Below, piece after piece: positions 60,512 through 64,000 of a DNA stretch of 64,000 nt. A program made the translations under genes and the position numbers. The number at the start of each line of letters is the position of its first letter. Positions within the stretch are counted from its first letter, which is position 1. Below the pieces are notes generated by a model. That model saw only the letters and a list, made by a program, of their open reading frames with translations, made no database searches and was not told the origin of the DNA. Source of the DNA: Hypanus sabinus (lineage: Eukaryota); assembly GCF_030144855.1 (NCBI RefSeq), contig NC_082728.1, positions 19,282,001 through 19,346,000 on the forward strand, in the 5' to 3' direction.

Positions 60512-61283
60512 TTTTCTTTTATATATTGGATGGAGAAAAAAAAGATTTACAGAGTGCAACACATAGATACATCTCAACATAACTTGTGTACATTCATATA
60601 TTGTGATAAAATTGAACAAAATGTTATAGCATAACACATAAAGGTATACAACTCTGTAATCAAAAATTTAAAGATAGGTCATACATCATAAAAAAATATA
60701 TAAAAAAAGTCAACCCCCTACCAACTACTAAAGAAAAAAGCAGATGGATGTTAATGGATAAATTAGAAAAGAAAACATATTCGCTTAAGAAGAGAAGATA
60801 AATTCAAAACAATTTTTTTATGATATCTGGGGAACTTTCCTAAATTACTTTTCCAATTTATAAACAGTGCACAGACTTTTATGTATATTTTTATCTTCTG
60901 AAGACTGAGCAGCGGATCTTTTCTAAATTTAAATAAGACATAAGATGTGTAGGAGGGGTAGACTCGTTCCATTTAAGCGAGATTGCCCTCCTTGCTAAAA
61001 GAGAGGTAAAACTAAAACCTGTAGGTTAGAAGTATTTAAAGTTATATCTTCATCTGCAATAATACCAAACAAGGCAGTAAGGGGATTTGGGTCAAATTGG
61101 ACTCTAAAAAGTTGTGAGAAGGTATGGAATACTTCCTGCCAAAACTTCAATTTTAGGGCAAAACCAAAACATATGAATTAAAGAGGCTTCAGCAGAGTTA
61201 CATTTATTACAAAGTGGAGAAACATTCGGATAAAAACTGGACAGCTTCTGTTTAGATATGTAAGCTCTATGAACCACTTTAAA
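60512..61283 (-). mobile_element. L1/Tx1-clade LINE 3' end (ORF2 C-terminal zinc knuckle plus 3' UTR)
   Basis: Minus strand reads FKVVHRAYISKQKLSSFYPNVSPLCNKCNSAEASLIHMFWFCPK..FWQEVF..PLTALFGI..LLARRAISLKW; the T-run at 60512 is a decayed poly(A). Confidence 0.88.
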
Positions 61284-62289
61284 GCACAGAAAGATGATTT
61301 ATTAACCCGTTTCCAACGATGCCTGCCTGCCTGACCTGCTAAGTTCATCCAGCCATTTTGCATGGTGTTACTCTGGATTCACAGAATCTCAAGTTTCTGC
61401 ATTTACTACAAACTTCTTTGCAATTTGAATAAGTATTCCAAAGTTGGAATGGTCGGGAAATCAGTAAGTTTCCTTTTCGCCTCCGTGTACTGTGCATTTT
61501 CTCCCTTGCAGAGCATTGCGTGGCAGGCAGCTTCATACTGTTTTGATTGTTATCAGGCAACATGAAAGAGTCAATTGTTTGACTGCTGATTACATCACCA
61601 CTTCCCACTTCAGCTAACATCCCAGCATTTGATCTGCCTGCAGGTGGCCAAGGACCTCTCCAGAAACCGCAGAGCTTAAGGACTTCCCCATACCTGCTCT
61701 ACCTGCTTCTCCGAAGCAACTTAGCACGCAATGTGTTCTTGGTTTATCACCAGATGCACGCAATATGTGTCTGAATGACAGGAGTTCCTTACTTCTCGGT
61801 TATATGAAATGTGGTCAGTAAGTTTCTGTTTCCCTTAGCACAATCCAAACAAAAAATTCCAACTAAACACGCATCCTTAACCCTTAAACTACAGAATCAG
61901 TTTTGAATATTACTAAACATAAGAAGGCTTCCGTACCCAGGCTCATTGTTATCACTAAATATGGTTCGATTTCTTGTTACCTCATGCTAACTTTCATTAT
62001 TATGAATTGAACAAAAGAAACTTTGTTGTTTAAATTTTAGCATCTTTCAACGCTTTAGGTTTCTGAAAAGTTTTGGCAATATCCATGTGGGCCACTGGAC
62101 TTATGATAGATATCCAAAACAAAGTTCAAAATAAATTATCAGAGTACATACTGTATATGTATATATAAACCTGAAATTCATTTTCTTGCAGGCATACTCA
62201 GTAAGTCCAAAAGTCATAACAGAGTCATTGAAAACCCGCACCCAACAGAGCAGACAAACAAACAAAAAGCCTATAGAACGATGTTATCC

Positions 62290-62615
62290 TCGTGGGGATA
62301 GCCAGAGGCTCTTTCCCAGGGCTGAAATGGCTAACACGAGGGGGCTCTACTTAAAGGTGCTTGGAAGTAGGTACAAGAGGGATGTCAGGGGTAGGTTTTT
62401 CACACGGAGCGGTGGGTGCGTGAAATACACTGCCGACAAAGGTGGTGGAGGTGGATGTAATAGGGTCTTTTAAGAGACTCTTAGATAGGCACATGGAGCT
62501 GAGAAAAATAGAGGGCTATGCAGTAGGGAAATTCTAGGCAGTTTCCAGAGTAGGTTACATGGTCGGCACAACATTGTGGGCCGAAGGGCCTGTAATGTGC
62601 TATAGATTTCTATTA
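62290..62615 (+). mobile_element. CR1-type LINE 3' fragment
   Basis: DSQRLFPRAEMANTRG..KVLGSRYKRDVRGRFF; tail gggccgaagggcctgtaatgtgc. Confidence 0.88.
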
Positions 62616-62639
62616 TTTAATCTCAATTCTAGTACACAA

Positions 62640-63090
62640 CAGTAAAGAAGGATTGTACTCTGGCTCCGATGTAGCACAAAAAACACAATAAAATAAAGAA
62701 CACAATAATGATAAAAAACACAATAAATATAAATACATAAGATAGCTTATAGACAAAGATTGTTTGCATGTCCATAAAGTGACACTAGGTGCAGGAGTGT
62801 CTGTATATAAGGTGGCTCTGACAGGAAAAGATAAAGTAGTGGTGGCCGGGGTGTGGAGGGGCAGGTCAGTAACTGGAGGTGCTTGGGGTAAGTAACTGTT
62901 TTTGAGTCTGGTGGTTTTGGCATGAAAGCTACATGACCTCCTCCCTGAAGGCAGTGGGACAAAGAGTCCATGTGCAGAGTGGGTAGGATCTTTCTTGATG
63001 CTACTGGCTCTTTTCTGGCATCGTTCTGTTTTTGTGTCCTTGACGGTGGGTAGGCTGGTGCTGGTGATGCATTGGGCAGTTTTTCCACAT
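62640..63090 (-). mobile_element. Rex1-type 3' fragment
   Basis: Reverse of RASSIKKDPTHSAHGLFVPLPSGRRSCSFHAKTTRLKNSY. Confidence 0.85.
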
Positions 63091-63366
63091 CAGTATCACC
63101 AGCACCTAGGTCCATTGGCAGTCTGTAAAGGAACAGTCAACGGCTTGCTTAGCAGCTGCTGGTCTGCAGCCGTAGTGGAAGACTGCTTTGACTGCAACAT
63201 AATGTTATCAAAGTTGATGCCAAAACACAGACCATGAGTTAACAATCATCCTACTATTTATCTGGAAAGATCATACCATGCATGGTACATGGTAACCGTG
63301 CATGAGTATACACGAGCAAACAGGAAGTATGGAAAGGAAAAGGAGTTTTGATGGAAGTGTCACACA

Positions 63367-63487
63367 GGTGGCACGATAGTGTAGCAGTTAGCGCAACGCT
63401 TTACAGTGCCAGTGATCACCGATCAGGGTTAAATTCCCACTGCTCTCTGTGAGGAGGTTGCATAATCTCCCCGTGATTGCATGGGTT
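63367..63487 (+). mobile_element. V-SINE 5' part, interrupted by a CR1
   Basis: ggtggcacgatagtgtagcagttagcgc..gggttaaattccc..tctccccgtgattgcatgggtttc. Confidence 0.8.
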
Positions 63488-64000
63488 TCATAGGAACATA
63501 GGAAACAGGAGTAGGCCATCTGGACTGTCGAGGCTGCTCCGCCATTCAATAAGATCGTGGCTGATCTGGCCATGGACTCATCTCCACCTACCTGCCTTTT
63601 CCCCATAACCCTTAATTCCCCTATAATGCAAAACTCTATCCAACCTTGTCTTAAATATATTTACTGAGGTAGCCTCTACTGCTTCATTGGACAGAGAATT
63701 CCACAGATTCACTACTCTTTGGGAAAAGCAATTCCTTCTCATCTCTGTCCTAAATCTACTCCCCCAAATCTTGAGGCTATGTCCCTAGTCTCACCTACCA
63801 GTGGAAACAACTTTCCTGCCACTATCTTATCTATCCTTTTCATAATTTTACATGTTTCTATAAGATTCCCACTCACTCTTCTGAATTCCAGTGAGTACTA
63901 TTCCAGGCAACTTAATCTCTCCTCATAGTCGAACCCCCTCATCTCTGGAATCAACCTGGTGAAACTCCTCTGCACAGCCTCCAAAGGCAGTATATCCCCC
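63488..64000 (-). mobile_element. Young CR1-type LINE 3' fragment (runs off window end)
   Basis: Tail (cataggaa)n, then the reverse of FQRFTRLIPEMRGFDYEERLS..LEFRRVSGNLIETCKIMKRIDKI. Confidence 0.92.

Noticed and set aside
61480-61620. Strong splice acceptor (ttttctcccttgcAG) suggesting an exon
   Set aside because: Downstream frames give no recognisable peptide and I found no clear donor; isolated acceptor-like sites are common.

Overview
Vertebrate non-genic (intronic or intergenic) DNA. The repeat repertoire suggests a cartilaginous fish, probably a ray; this is an inference. I could not support any host protein-coding gene: the supplied ORFs with recognisable products are decayed transposon pieces or by-products of a tandem repeat. 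The window is a dense, nested transposon landscape. It contains many CR1-type LINE fragments (one 2.3-kb copy spans the ORF1 end, APE endonuclease and RT), Rex1/Babar LINE 3' ends, one RTE and one L1 3' end, V-SINEs, a CORE-type SINE, ancient Deu-type SINE relics, Tc1, mariner, pogo/Tigger and hAT derivatives, a 1.25-kb 27/28-bp minisatellite, and more than a dozen Penelope-like (GIY-YIG) fragments. The most interesting signal is an RNA one. The Penelope-like tails carry a minimal type I hammerhead ribozyme (consensus from the window copies: CAGTC-CTGATGA-AGGGTCTCGGCCC-GAAA-CGTC-GACTG). This cassette also appears to have moved as tiny non-coding units, some palindromic and some with their own target-site duplications. 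Other notable structures are a fold-back mariner built from two 3' ends with five TIR copies, an apparently chimeric CR1 with two consecutive endonuclease starts, and non-coding elements that carry Rex1 3' tails. Family assignments come from recognised motifs, not database searches, and many boundaries are approximate.
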